A stretch of 64,000 nucleotides of DNA from Rhizophagus irregularis (Eukaryota). The notes below the pieces were generated by a model, which worked only from the letters and a program-made list of their open reading frames with translations, was not told the origin of the DNA and ran no database searches. The position numbers were made by a program, and so were the translations under genes. Below, piece by piece: positions 1-12,301 of the stretch (position 1 is the stretch's first letter; each line of letters opens with the position of its first letter). The DNA lies in assembly GCF_026210795.1 (NCBI RefSeq), contig NC_089434.1:1612001-1676000 (forward strand), given 5' to 3'.

Positions 1-299
1 TTACATTTAACTTGATTATATTTTTTCATGAATTTCTTGAACTTTCTCGTAATATTTCCTTTCCAATACACCATATATTCCCACGAAGTCTCACTATCGA
101 TATTAATATACACTCGGTAATCATCATCCTTTTCATTCAACCCTTGTTTACTTAATGAATCTGCTATATTGTTTCCTGTATCATCAGAGTGGACCTTTAC
201 TTTATTCATCACTATAATCAAATTATTATCTTTCACCAAATTATACACCATTTTCCATATCCCTATTGAATTAACATTCCAAATTCTCCTTGTACCCAT
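1..299 (-). mobile_element. RNase H domain fragment, probably from a non-LTR retrotransposon (runs off the window edge)
   Basis: Manual translation from ATG 299 gives ...IWKMVYNLVKDNNLIIVMNKVKVHSDDTGNNIADSLSKQG..., matching the RNase H C-terminal motif KVKxHS-x3-GN-x2-AD-x-L-x-K-x-G. Not in the ORF track. Confidence 0.75.
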
Positions 300-841
300 T
301 GTAGCTCATCGTCCTCAAACAACATTTTCCATACACTAACTACTCCTAAATTATCTGCAATATTTAACATCTTTTAATTTTAACTATAAATAAATTATTC
401 CGAAATAAAATCGGTAATTCTACAATTACCGTATATTTTTTTTCATTGGTAAATGTTTATCATCAAAAACGAAGAGATAAAATCATTCTAAAATTAAGAT
501 AATTTTAACTGATTTTGGTTATTAAGATCAACACTAAAATGTCCGTCCAGCACGTGACGTCGTACAATATAAGTTAAAAATAATTACTCATATGAGTCAT
601 GATGTGAGTTTCGTCATGAATAATCGAGTATATAATTTAAATAACATAAATATATCTTTTATCTTCTTTTTTTTTCGTCTTCTTTTTTTAGGTCTTCTTA
701 TCTTTTTTTTTTTAGGTCTATCTTTTCTCTGTCTAGGTCTTCTCTTTATTATTAGGCTCCTTTCTTTACGTCTTCCTTTAGGTATGTGGGTTGAGAGTAT
801 GTAGGGTTGTGTGTGGGTGGTGTGTGTATGTTTGTGTATTT

Positions 842-1400
842 CTTTCCCTTTCGTATTTCCTTTCCCGTTTTCCCCTTTCCCTCACGTATTACCCTATTCC
901 CCTTTCCCTCTCGTATTCCCCTTTCCCTCTCGTATTCCCCTTTCCCTCTCGTTTTCCCCTTTCCCTCTCGTATTCCCCTTTCCCTCTCGTTTTCCCCTTT
1001 CCCTCTCGTTTTCCCCTTTCCCTCTCGTATTCCCCTTTCCCTCTCGTTTTCCCCTTTCCCTCTCGTTTTCCCCTTTCCCTCTCGTATTCCCCTTTCCCTC
1101 TCGTTTTCCCCTTTCCCTCTCGTTTTCCCCTTTCCCTCTCGTTTTCCCCTTTCCCTCTCGTTTTCCCCTTTCCCTCTCGTTTTCCCCTTTCCCTTTCGTA
1201 TTCCCCTTTCCCTTTCGTATTCCCTTTCCCTTTCGTATTCCCCTTTCCCTCTCGTATTCCCCTTTCCCTTTCGTATTCCCCTTTCCCTTTCGTATTCCCC
1301 TTTCCCTTTCGTATTCCCCTTTCCCTTTCGTATTCCCCTTTCCCTTTCGTATTCCCCTTTCCCTTTCGTATTCCCCTTTCCCTTTCGTTCTCCCCTTCCC
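842..1400. repeat. 19-bp pyrimidine/purine-asymmetric minisatellite, about 29 copies
   Basis: Unit TCGT(A/T)TTCCCCTTTCCCT(C/T) tandemly repeated. It explains all the overlapping ORFs at 752-1456. Confidence 0.95.
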
Positions 1401-3044
1401 CCCTGATCAATGTTGCTGCACCTCAACGTGGTGATCAGGTGACAACAAGTTTTTAAAAAGACTTGGCTAAGTCAGCAACAAATAGTAACTACATATTACA
1501 TAAGCCATATCGATTTAATAAAACATACCACAAGTTTTAATTTTGAAAGAGCCGTTGTTATTAACTCACTTTCTGGAGGTCCAAAGGCTATTGAAATATT
1601 ATCATTGAAGCAGTTAATATAAATGGACGTATGTATATATATAAATTATTTTTCAACAAGTTCTGTGATCAATAAACTAATTAATTAATATTTATTGGTT
1701 ATAATAGGTATTATCAACATAAAAAGAAATTACAAGTTTTTGATATATATGTGCGGTACTCTAAAACCCCTCAAAAAAACCTTACCTTAATAAACAACGT
1801 GATACCAAATATAACAATCTTCATATAATTCTGAATAATTTTTTTGTTCCTATTGGATAAAGAATTATAATTCACAAAATCTGGACTTGTTTCCACAAGC
1901 AATTTATATTCAATTAGTTGGTTAAGGAATGCCTGTGTTTATACAGCAGAAACAAAGTACATCTATACAACATTGGAGATATACTCAATATCGTTTAACC
2001 ATACAACATTGGAGATTATATCATATCAATAACTATATTATCAGCAAAAGCGTCAAGAAATATCCTTTGTGCAAAAGGAGTTGAACGAAACTTTAATCAA
2101 ATCACTTGGAAGTATCATACTCACAACATTCGTTATTTGAAATAAATAATGTAACTAGTTTGATTTAAATTTATTAGCATGACATTTTAAAGCTTTTCAA
2201 CAATATATGTTAGGATGGACCATTTGAAATTTCCCTCTAAGAATGCTATAAAATATAATGTCATTTACTGTACTTAATTACTGTTGCATTATTTCTTTAG
2301 TGAATTATTGGTTAAAGAATGTTTAATAATGTAAATTTTGAATTTTTAAGTTTAATTGACTTTTGCGATATGAATATTTTTTCAATCCAAATTTAACTTG
2401 GGCAAAAAGAAATAAAGTTAAAATAATAAAATTAAAAATAAAAGAAGCCTAACTTTATTGATTTTAAAAGTTTTAATGAGTATAGTAAAAAAATAGGTGA
2501 GTTAAATATTTGCAAAAAAGTTATGGTATATTGATATTTTCGTGTTAACGTTAATTTTTTTTTTTTTACCCCGTGTCTTCTATATGGCTATATATGGCTA
2601 TGCTACAGGAAACGTTTGTTTTATATCATTTTATTTTACTTTTACTTTAGAAGGCAGTTACTGCCGATATGCCGATAATGGTACAGAATTACAGCGGTAA
2701 ATTGATTACATGAAATAAAGTAAGTTATCTATCGACTAGAAAAATAGTGGACAATAGCTAGCCACAATAACATAGTTGCTGCTCTAGCAAAAGAAAGTGT
2801 TAAATGTTAAATAAAAATCATAAGGGTAAGAAGAATAAAAAGAAGAAGAAAAAGAAAAAGAAAAATTAAAATTTATAGAAAATCAAAACTTGTTAACGGG
2901 AAATTATGTAGGAAATTATAACTAGTGAAATAGATCCACTTAATAGTATCATCGTTAATACGATAGTTGTAAAAATTACGGTAAACATGAATACATGACA
3001 GGCTACTATCGGGACGACAACCCGAATCGGGATGAGCATGATCT

Positions 3045-5036
3045 CCCTATAAAAAAAATTGACCAATTTTTGATTAGAAATCGTCTATATTTTCCGGACA
3101 AAAACAGGATCTACAAACATCCGGAATATTGCAATATTCCGGACATTCATAAATAAGGAATTTGTTTGTATAGATTACTTTAATGGTATTTTATTATTAT
3201 TTATACAAATTAAAAGTAAAACAAAAAAATATCATAGACTAGTATGTATAGAATTAATACTGTCATTTCAATTAAATGTGATCTACTTGCACCTACATTT
3301 ATGAATATTGAGACACAAGTAAATTTTTAACCTCGCTGAGCAACTTTAATTAAACACAAAAGAGTGGTTAAATTACGCTCTGAAGTTGAAAAAATTCAAA
3401 AATTAGTAATGTTATAAAAGCGTGATTTTCTTCACAAATATTATACTTACACTGAAATACAAGTAATTTTGTCCTCACTGAACAAAATTTACTTAAGCAC
3501 AAAAGGGCAATTTTATTTGACAAAAGTGGTAAAATTACGCTCTGAAGTTGGAAAAAAATTCAAAAATTAGTGATGTTATAAAAACGTGATTTCTTCACAA
3601 ATATTATACTTACACTGAAATACAAATAATTTGATCTCACTGAACAACTTTACTTAAGCACAAAAGGGCAATTTTATTTGACCAAAGACGCTCTGAAGTT
3701 GGAAAATAGAAAAGTAAAAGTTCAAAAATTAGTAATGTTATATAAAAACGTGATTTTCTTCACAAATATTATACTTACACTAAAATACAAGTAATTTGAT
3801 TTCACTGAACAACTTTACTTAAGCACGAAAGGGCAATTTTATTTGACAAAAGTGGTGAAATTACGCTCTGAAGTTGGAAAATAGAAAAGTGAAAATTCAA
3901 ATTAGTAATGTTATAAAAACGTGATTTTCTTCACAAATATTATACTTACACTAAAATACAAGTAATTTGATCTCACTGAACAACTTTACTTAAGCACGAA
4001 AGGGCAATTTTATTTGACAAAAGTAGTGAAATTACGCTCTGAAGTTGGAAAATAGAAAAGTAAAAATTCAAAAATTAGTAATGTTATAAAAACGTGATTT
4101 TCTTCACAAATATTATACTTACACTGAAATACAAGTAATCTTGACCTCACTAAACAACTTTACTTAAGCACGAAAGGGCAATTCTATTTGAACAAAGTGA
4201 TAAAATTACGCTCTGAAGTTGAAAACAGAATAACGAAAAAATTTGAAAATCTAAAAATCTTGTAAATATTATACCTATATATGAAATATGTAAAGTTTTT
4301 ATCCTTCGCAAGATATAAGTAACAAAAACTGAGTTAAAAGTGTTTGATATATGCTAGTTTGTATTAACAAAGCTTTTTTTAAAAAAAAAGAGGAAAGATT
4401 TTTTTTTTACAGCTATAACGTAAACAAAAAACAAATAAATAAAAAAGGTAATCACATGATACTGATGACGATCACTATGTATTCCTTTGAATTTGATTGG
4501 CTCAGTTAAATTGATTTTTTGTGTAACATTTTGAAAAAAAACAACACGCGCGTAATAATTTTGCAAATATTCAAGCTAACTTGATAAAAATTAATATTTA
4601 ATTAGTTTCATCCCCCTTTCTCTAAAGTGTTGGAACTGTTAAAAAACTACAAAAAAACGTGCTTATTGTAAAATAAAAATTGTACACAGTTTACAACAAT
4701 ATCCCATGCTCACTTTTCAAAATAAAATTTTAAATATAGAAAAGAGACGATCTCATTCTCTGAATATGGATTATTCTCTATTTCAAGATGGATTCTAAAA
4801 ATTCTGGACATTTCTTTTTTTGGATAAATTCCGGTTGATCAAAAATTACGGACAAATTCTGGATATTCAAAAAATTCCAGATATTTCTTTAGGGCAAATT
4901 CCGGGTGAACAGAAATCCCGGACAATCAAACATTCAGAAAATTGATTCTTGTCCTAAATCCAGGGTAATTTCCGGATAATTTTTGGATGCACCCGGACAT
5001 TTTCAGATACAATTTCCGGACATTTTTTTTATAGGG
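3045..5036. mobile_element. Non-autonomous CMC (CACTA/EnSpm-like) DNA transposon, about 2 kb
   Basis: 15-bp TIR CCCTATAAAAAAAAT (3045-3059) / ATTTTTTTTATAGGG (5022-5036); 3-bp TSD TCT (3042-3044, 5037-5039); clustered subterminal TCCGGA(C) motifs at both ends. Confidence 0.85.
3310..4260. repeat. Tandem array of about 6 units of 150-175 bp inside the CMC element
   Basis: Anchor ACGCTCTGAAGTT recurs at 3375, 3537, 3688, 3863, 4034 and 4208. Confidence 0.95.
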
Positions 5037-5695
5037 TCTTGATTATGAACAAAATTTCCTAAAACTGGATTTGATGATGTTGAGTGTTTCATTCCATTGG
5101 GATAATTTATCACATTTATAACGCCAAATATTGATATAAATATCTCGATGTAAGTTATACACAAAGTTACATAGTGGCTTTTTCTAATTTGATGGCTGCA
5201 CGGAAAGTAACTATTAAGTCAGAGGGTATTAGATTTAGAAGTAACGTCATAAGCGGTTTGTTAGCTGATATCTTCGTTGAACCAGTTTAACACTATTAAA
5301 AGCGTCAATCACTGAATCGATCGTATCGTTCTTTTTCGAACCACCATTTCCGATTATATCGTTCCAAGCATTGTCCGGTTTTCCATAATTAAAAGTCAAA
5401 TGAAGAGATGGCTTCGTATTGAAGTATAGTAAATGTAATAAATTTAATTTACAGAATATTTATTCCGTTATCAATTAATCTCGCGTACTTTGAAGAGGGA
5501 ACAAAGATCGAAACTATCTTTGAACAAGATTATATATTATTAAATAATGCATCACGATTTTATTTGTTTATGCCATAAAATTTATTCCATAAAATTATTA
5601 TTTTCGTCTAAATTCGATTATTATTGTTGTAACGATTAATAATGGTTATTATAAGATAATTTATATATTTAATAATTTGAATAAATTTATCACAT

Positions 5696-5765
5696 AATTA
5701 TTTAAATTACAAACTAAGAATCTTGTAAAATATTTTACTACTCTAATCTTAGTGTTTAAATAATT
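5696..5765 (-). promoter_or_regulatory. Conserved stem-loop in the putative 3' UTR of kinase copy 1 (paralogous copies at 12155-12223, 16376-16436, 60083-60148)
   Basis: Nested inverted repeats AATTATTTAAA/TTTAAATAATT, ACTAAGA/TCTTAGT and GTAAAA/TTTTAC, shared by four kinase loci. Confidence 0.55.
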
Positions 5766-5844
5766 CAAAATAAAAAAAAAATAAACAAACGATAATAATT
5801 TAAAATATAAAAAATATGGTTAATTTGATTTATCAAAAGACAAT

Positions 5845-8225
5845 TTAAAATCCATCTAAAGACAAAAAAAATAACATATCAGTAAATTAATTAATTTGCT
5901 AAGTTTGATTTTTCTATTTTATTTTAAGAACTTACCATCAGGAATTTCCAATTCATCTTGTTCATTCGAATGAAGATTTGGATTATTATACATTTCGTCA
6001 TCATCTATAAGAAATTAATAAATAAAATTAAAAAAAATATATAATATTGATATTATAATTGCAACATTTTTACCATCAATATTACTAATATTTTGTCTTT
6101 TCGTTTTTCGTAAAATTAATTCTTTTTCATCGTCTAAATTTTTAATTAAAGTCACATTTAATATACAATTTGCAAAAATGATGCATTATTTTTTTGCTTA
6201 CCATTAATATCAATATTTTTTCCTTTTACTTGTTTTTGTCGTCAGAATTTTTTAAATAAGAATCGTTAGTTTTAATAAAAAAAAAAAATTGAAATAGTGA
6301 ATAACTTTATTCATTTATTTACTCACTATTTGAATTTATTTGCAACATTTTAAATTCATTGGGTAATCTTTCACTATCACCTAGAATTGAAAATGCAAAA
6401 GTAGATTTAATAATAATTTCGTTATTTTCAAAAATAAGTTCAAATCATTTACCTCTGAAAGTATTAATTATTTTTGATGATTTAACGCTATTCCGCTCAT
6501 TTGATTTATGAAAATCATCGACTAAAAACAAATATCGATCGAGTTATTAAACATCAATATATAATTAATTCAAAATTGTATCGTTAATAAATACTTACTA
6601 TTGTTAGGAATATTAAAGTCATATGATTTACTATGAGATGCTATTATTTAAAAATAAATTATTTTAATAATTAGAAATATTAATTTGCCTTCTATAATAA
6701 TTTAAATTAGAAAAATGACAATCTATTTAAAACAATAAAAAAAATTTATTAATAAATTATACTTAATACCTTCTGTTGAATTTCTTGATTCAAGCAGATT
6801 TTCAAAATTGTGAACTTTACTTATAAATAATCTTTTACTTGTATAATTCGCTTCTAAATTATCAATTTCTTGTTGAAATAATTCATCTGGCATACTTTGA
6901 TAATATAAATTAATTTTACGTATTATTTTCATAAGTGTACTAATATCAGGTCTTTTTAATGGATCAGCATCCCAACATTTTTTCATTAAATTTTTATATT
7001 CTAACGGAGTTTCTGACACAATTTTTGGTCTTACACCATTAATTATATTTATTGCGAGATCATAATCATGTTCATAATTTATAAATGGTGGTTGTCCAGA
7101 TGAAATTTCCCACATTAGCATTGCAATACTATAAATATCAGATGCATAAGTATATTCTCTTCCATCAATAACCTCTGGTGCTATGTAAGGAAGATTTCCA
7201 TATATACTTGTTGAAGATTTATTAGCAGGTCCACAAAATCCAAGATCACTAATACACCAGCAATCATTATATTGTGAATACAATATATTCCCAGAATGCA
7301 AATCCCTATGAATTGCTTTCTCAAAATGAATCGAATTTAGTGCATTAGTTATTTCAAAAGTAATTCTAATTCTTTCTTTCCATGTAAGTTGATTATGATA
7401 TTGTTGTAAATATTTTCTTAAATCTATATCCATTTTATATATTACAAGCATATAACTTCCATTTGTCATATTTTGTGTTAAACCAAGACATTGAACAATA
7501 CTTGCCCATTTATTGCCTATAGTCAAATGTGACACAGCCTAAAGACAATATTTATCAAATTGTCAGTGTTAATACGAGAAATTATCTTAATTTTATAAAA
7601 ATTTATAAAATTTAGAATAAATTATACAAACCTCTTCAAACCAACATTGATTTGCACTTTCAACATCTTCTAATCCTTTAAGTATTACTTCTAAAGATTC
7701 GTTGGTTCTTACTAATTGTTGATTTTTGGAATCCCATTCATCATAATTTCCATTAATCCAGTCTGCTGTATAAATTTCAGAGAATCCACCTTTTGTTAAA
7801 TAATTGACATTTTCTAAATTATTGTATGGGATCCATTCAACTATATTATTCGGCATGAGTGATTCCATTTGACATTTCTGGATTAAATTATCAATATCAT
7901 CATTTCCAGATGTCCAATTTGAAAAATTTTCTTTCAAATAATTTCGAACGCAATATTCACAATATAATGTAGCTAAACAATTTTGGTTACAATTTTCACA
8001 AATTCTTCTTGTACCAGAATTAATCATAACTTTATCTCGATCATAATTTCTAGTTAAATCTCTTATTGCTTCAGTTTTTTCTTCATTTGTAAGAATTTTA
8101 TCAGCAAGAACTGTTTGTTTTCTAAATTCGAAACGTTTATGTATATCATTATGAATATTAGTATCTATTAATGTAAATGATCTACTATTTGTTGCATAAA
8201 TTAATTCATATCGAAGAGTGGACAT
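5845..8225 (-). CDS. Tyrosine-kinase-like (TKL) protein kinase, copy 1, multi-exon
   Basis: Exon 1 8225-7632 (CENC..C..CEYC motif, KGGFSEIY, VILK); exon 2 7538-6770 (HRDLHSGN, DLG, APE, DIYS, KRPD). Several small GT-AG exons follow, ending ...DGF-TAA at 5845. Confidence 0.9.
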
Positions 8226-8510
8226 AATGTAATTAATAAATTAAAGGAAAGAAAGAATTGTGTTTCAAGTTCGGTCACTCCAAGATAAATTAGTAAATGC
8301 AAATTGTAGATCAAAACTTGTATCACCATATGATTAAATTCTGTGAAGGCGCAGTATCGACGCCTCTAGTATTTTAAAAGTTAACAGAAAATATAATTTA
8401 TGTGGCAAACTTTTTTCTTTACTTAATAAATAAATATCATTTAATATTTAACTTCATATTAATTAACATTTAATTTGACGAAAAAAAAAAAATTTTAAAC
8501 TTTCATTTAA

Positions 8511-9072
8511 TAGAGCTTAGATCCGGTGAATGATCCTAATGGGTTATTCAGTGAATATCCTAGGATTACGGATATATCCGTTCACTTTTAGATAGGATAT
8601 CCGGATTTTGCTTAAGAAAATAGGATATTCACTGAATATATGATGTAAATATGATGTAAACATGATGTAATAAAATTTCAACAATGGAATATTACTTAAT
8701 ATTAATCCCATATGTATTTTTTTGGAATGAGATTAGTTTAATTAACGTTCCCATCTGAATAAGTAGTCTAGAGTTATTTCAAAAAAAAATACTAGCTTAA
8801 AGAAACAGGATGTCTACTGTAATATAATAGAAGTACAGTAGATAGTAATATTGAGAATTACCTAGATTTTGATAAATGTCAAAATATAGATGACGAAACA
8901 ACAACAATAATTCAGCTTTTAAGATTCTTTTAGAATCTGGTGGCCATAATCAGGATACGAATAAAATTTAAAAATAACTCAATGAATATCCTATGAATAT
9001 CCGGAATTACCATCCGGATTAATATTTAGAATTGATACCGGATATCAACGGATAATCCGGATCTAAGCTCTA
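8511..9072. mobile_element. MITE with 16-bp perfect TIR (hAT-like ends, TSD not resolved)
   Basis: TAGAGCTTAGATCCGG (8511-8526) / CCGGATCTAAGCTCTA (9057-9072), with subterminal GGATATCC/GAATATCC-like repeats. Confidence 0.85.
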
Positions 9073-9236
9073 GCTGAATTGATAATATCTGCAAAAATTT
9101 GAATGAAGTCCTAAAATATTAGTTAAGTACATATTTTTTTTTGTATTTAAATATGTTAAAATTTGAATTTAATAAAATTTATAGAATCAAGTATTAAATT
9201 TACTACTCTACTTTTAAATTTTTTAATAGCGAGGTC

Positions 9237-9393
9237 TAGTGGATTTCATCATATTTTATCCTAGGATAATCCGAATTATTTTAGAATAATTTATCCGGAT
9301 CACCATTTTCTAATATCATAGGATATCCAGAATTCAAATTCATCTAACGAATTATCCTAAATTATTCATAGGATAATCCGGTGAAAACTCCAC
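9237..9393. mobile_element. Small degenerate MITE related in motif content to 8511-9072
   Basis: Imperfect inverted ends GTGGATTTCATC... / ...GGTGAAAACTCCAC and internal GGATAATCC repeats. Confidence 0.5.
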
Positions 9394-10516
9394 ATAAAGT
9401 AGACGTACAGTGCATATAAATAAATAGAATAATTTTTTAAAAATATGTTATTCGGGAAAATGTCCATTCAGGATTTTGTCCTGTCGGGAAATCGTTGTCG
9501 GGAAAAGGATACGTCAGGAAAATGGATGTCGGAATCGGTCCGACAACGAAAAAGGTAGATTAAATAAGTGCTAAGTCTCATAATTTTAAAAATTTTTGTT
9601 TTTCAATGAAAAAAAGAAGATTAATAAAAATATTTGAAATGTTTCTCATCATAATATTACCGAATAAGAATTCTCGTTATGTGCAAATGATAGATTTTTG
9701 ATATTTTATCAATAATATCTATTATAATATAGCAAATTGAAAAGCTGTATGTCAAAATAATAAGCACAATAAATCAGTCATCATAATTTTAATTAAATAA
9801 GAATTTTAAAATATTTTGTATTATAACTTGATCTTTTATTTTAAATATTTATTGATTTTTAATTATAAAATATTACATTATAATTTTTATAAATTAAATT
9901 CTTTTTATTTTTCATCTAAACTTATAATAATGACGTTATCAGCGTAGCAGTTAAAAAAGTCAGTAAAACATATTATAATGATTGAGAAGTTACAGTTTAT
10001 TATATATATATGTGTTATATATATTTATTTATAAGGTTATCACATTAAAATTTTTTTTCGTTCCACTTTAATAATTTTAATAAATTTATTCAAATTCTTA
10101 CTATAACCGTAAATTTTTATAATCCCAAGTTTACATCGCTCGCCAAGTCTCAGGTTTTCTTCCTTTCATAAAATTCGATAAATTCTTTCGTGTGAAGGGC
10201 TGCTTGTTTTTATCATAAAATCATTGATTATGTAACCGGGTCTTGAACTAATTAGATCAATGAATGATGAATAAATATACTCCCCACGTAAAGATTAAAG
10301 ATTATAAATCAGTTTATGTTAAAGTTTATTTACGATAAGTATTTTTTTATTTAAGTCTGATATTTCACGTGGGAAAATTTAAATATAGATTCACTCATAA
10401 AAACAATGAATATTTCGTGCTCTAAAATTAAATCCATGTTTATATTTATTAACTGTATCCTTAAAAAATATATAATAAAATCTATAATTATCCAGAATAC
10501 TCCTAAGACTTAGTTC

Positions 10517-10879
10517 TAAAGCTCTACATGAGCCGGCTCAAGCCGAGCTGAGCCAAAATTCGAGCCAGCTTGGCTCGATTATAATGGCCGAGCTTGGTTC
10601 GTATCGAGCCAACTCCAAGCCGAGCTTTAAGGTAGCTTGGCTCGAGCCGGCTCGATTTTTTAGATTTACTGTAAATATAGAATTTGCGAAATGATCAGCT
10701 GATGACCACATGCGCAAATATCATTTATGCTTAGTTTCAGAGCTCGCGAGCCAGCTCATAGTTCGTGAGCGAGCTTGAACGAGCTGCATTGAAGCTCGGC
10801 TCGAATGATCCGAGCTCAATTGATTGCGAGCCGCGGCTCGCAAGCTGGCTCGAGCTGGCACGGCTCGTTCGGAGCACTA
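10517..10879. mobile_element. hAT-type MITE
   Basis: 8-bp TSD CTTAGTTC (10509-10516, 10880-10887); imperfect TIR TAAAGCTC..GAGCCG / CGGCTC..GAGCACTA; dense GAGCC/CGAGC subterminal repeats at both ends. Confidence 0.85.
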
Positions 10880-12301
10880 CTTAGTTCTATAAAAAATATG
10901 CGTATGAGGGCGTAAAAGTGATAAAATTAAGCCATAACATAGCTTGAGTTTATTTTATTCAACAAATAAAAATAAAATGAAATCAATAAAAAATAATTGA
11001 GTAAATTGTATTCTTACATGGTAAAAAAGATACGCAGTATCTTTTTTCTTAAATGAACCTATTTATTTGAAAAAGAGAATAATTTATAAATAGCGGTTAG
11101 TATCATTATCATAATTAAAAGTCACTTGCACATGCAAAAAAAATTATACTTACTTTAATTAGAAAAAATAATAATAATGAATATTTACCGTATAGTATTG
11201 TATACAATAACCCCAGCTATAGCAATAGTATTGAGATACTTATTATATACGGTATCTACAAATTTTTGAAAAGAACCTGGCGCTGATTTGACATTTGGCC
11301 AAGAACCATTAGTATTCGATCTAAGCTTGTTTTTTGAATAAGACTTGGATACTACATGCAGCGTTATGGCTATAAATTATGTCCCTGTACAGTATTTGAA
11401 ATGCGATGATGGTAACTTAATGAAACGGTAGATTTTTAACTTTTGTTATTAAGTATAAACAATACAACTCTAGCCTTCAATATGGAATAATTTTAAACTT
11501 TTAAATATTTTATCTTTATCATTTTATTATTGCAAATATAAAAATATTTATACTTAAAAAAAAAATCAAATTTGAAGATTTGAAATTCGATCAAAAACTT
11601 AATTTTTGATCAAAATGTTTTGTTAGATTATAGACAAAAAGATTGACATAATTTAAAAAATTAAAGAATTGATTCGTTAAATTTAAGAAACTGATAAATG
11701 GTGCAATAATATATTTGTAAATATTTTCCATAAAATAATTTCAATGATAGTTCTATCGAAAATTCTTTTTAACGCTATCGCCATTCGTCACTGTAGTTTC
11801 ACTTAATTAATTGTATGGAGTGCTGTAGGTACGAAAATAAAAAGTCTGAATCGTATATAATGGAAAAAATATACGTTCAATTTAATATATGGGCCCTGAC
11901 ATTTAATAGATGTTTAATATTATTGAATCTAATACAATTTTTTTAATAAAACAATCACGTTACCTGTCAGATATTCCGTCTGATAGATATTTTTTGATTT
12001 TTTTGATAACGAATGAAATGTTTGTTATGATTTTACAAATGTTTATGCCATAAATATACTTTATATCATATTTAACATATATACAGTAGTTGTAACGGTG
12101 AGATAAATACATTCTTTATTGATAATGATAATTTATATATTTAGTAATTGATATAATTATTTAAATTACAAACCAAGAATCTCGTAAAACATTTTACTAC
12201 TCTAATCTCAGTGTTTAAATAATACAAAATAAGTATAAATAAATGATAAAAATTTAAAATATAAAATAACATTTGTTAATTTATCAAGAGATAACTTAAA
12301 A

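Larger units (their letters stand above)
2875..5330 (-). mobile_element. Degenerate LINE ORF2 C-terminal remnant, split by the 3045-5036 insertion
   Basis: Minus-strand translation gives NLIPSDLIVTF...HRDIYINIW...WNETLNII on the right and ...KWIYFTSYNFLHNFP on the left. The frame HNQ|DHAHPD is continuous once the insertion plus one TCT is removed. The LINE assignment is from recalled family motifs. Confidence 0.5.

Noticed and set aside
752..1456. Five long overlapping ORFs on both strands
   Set aside because: Artefact of a stop-free 19-bp repeat; the same peptide cycle appears in every frame.
3310..4260. Repeat array as a CRISPR
   Set aside because: Whole units are homologous with no unique spacers, there are no cas genes, and the context is eukaryotic.
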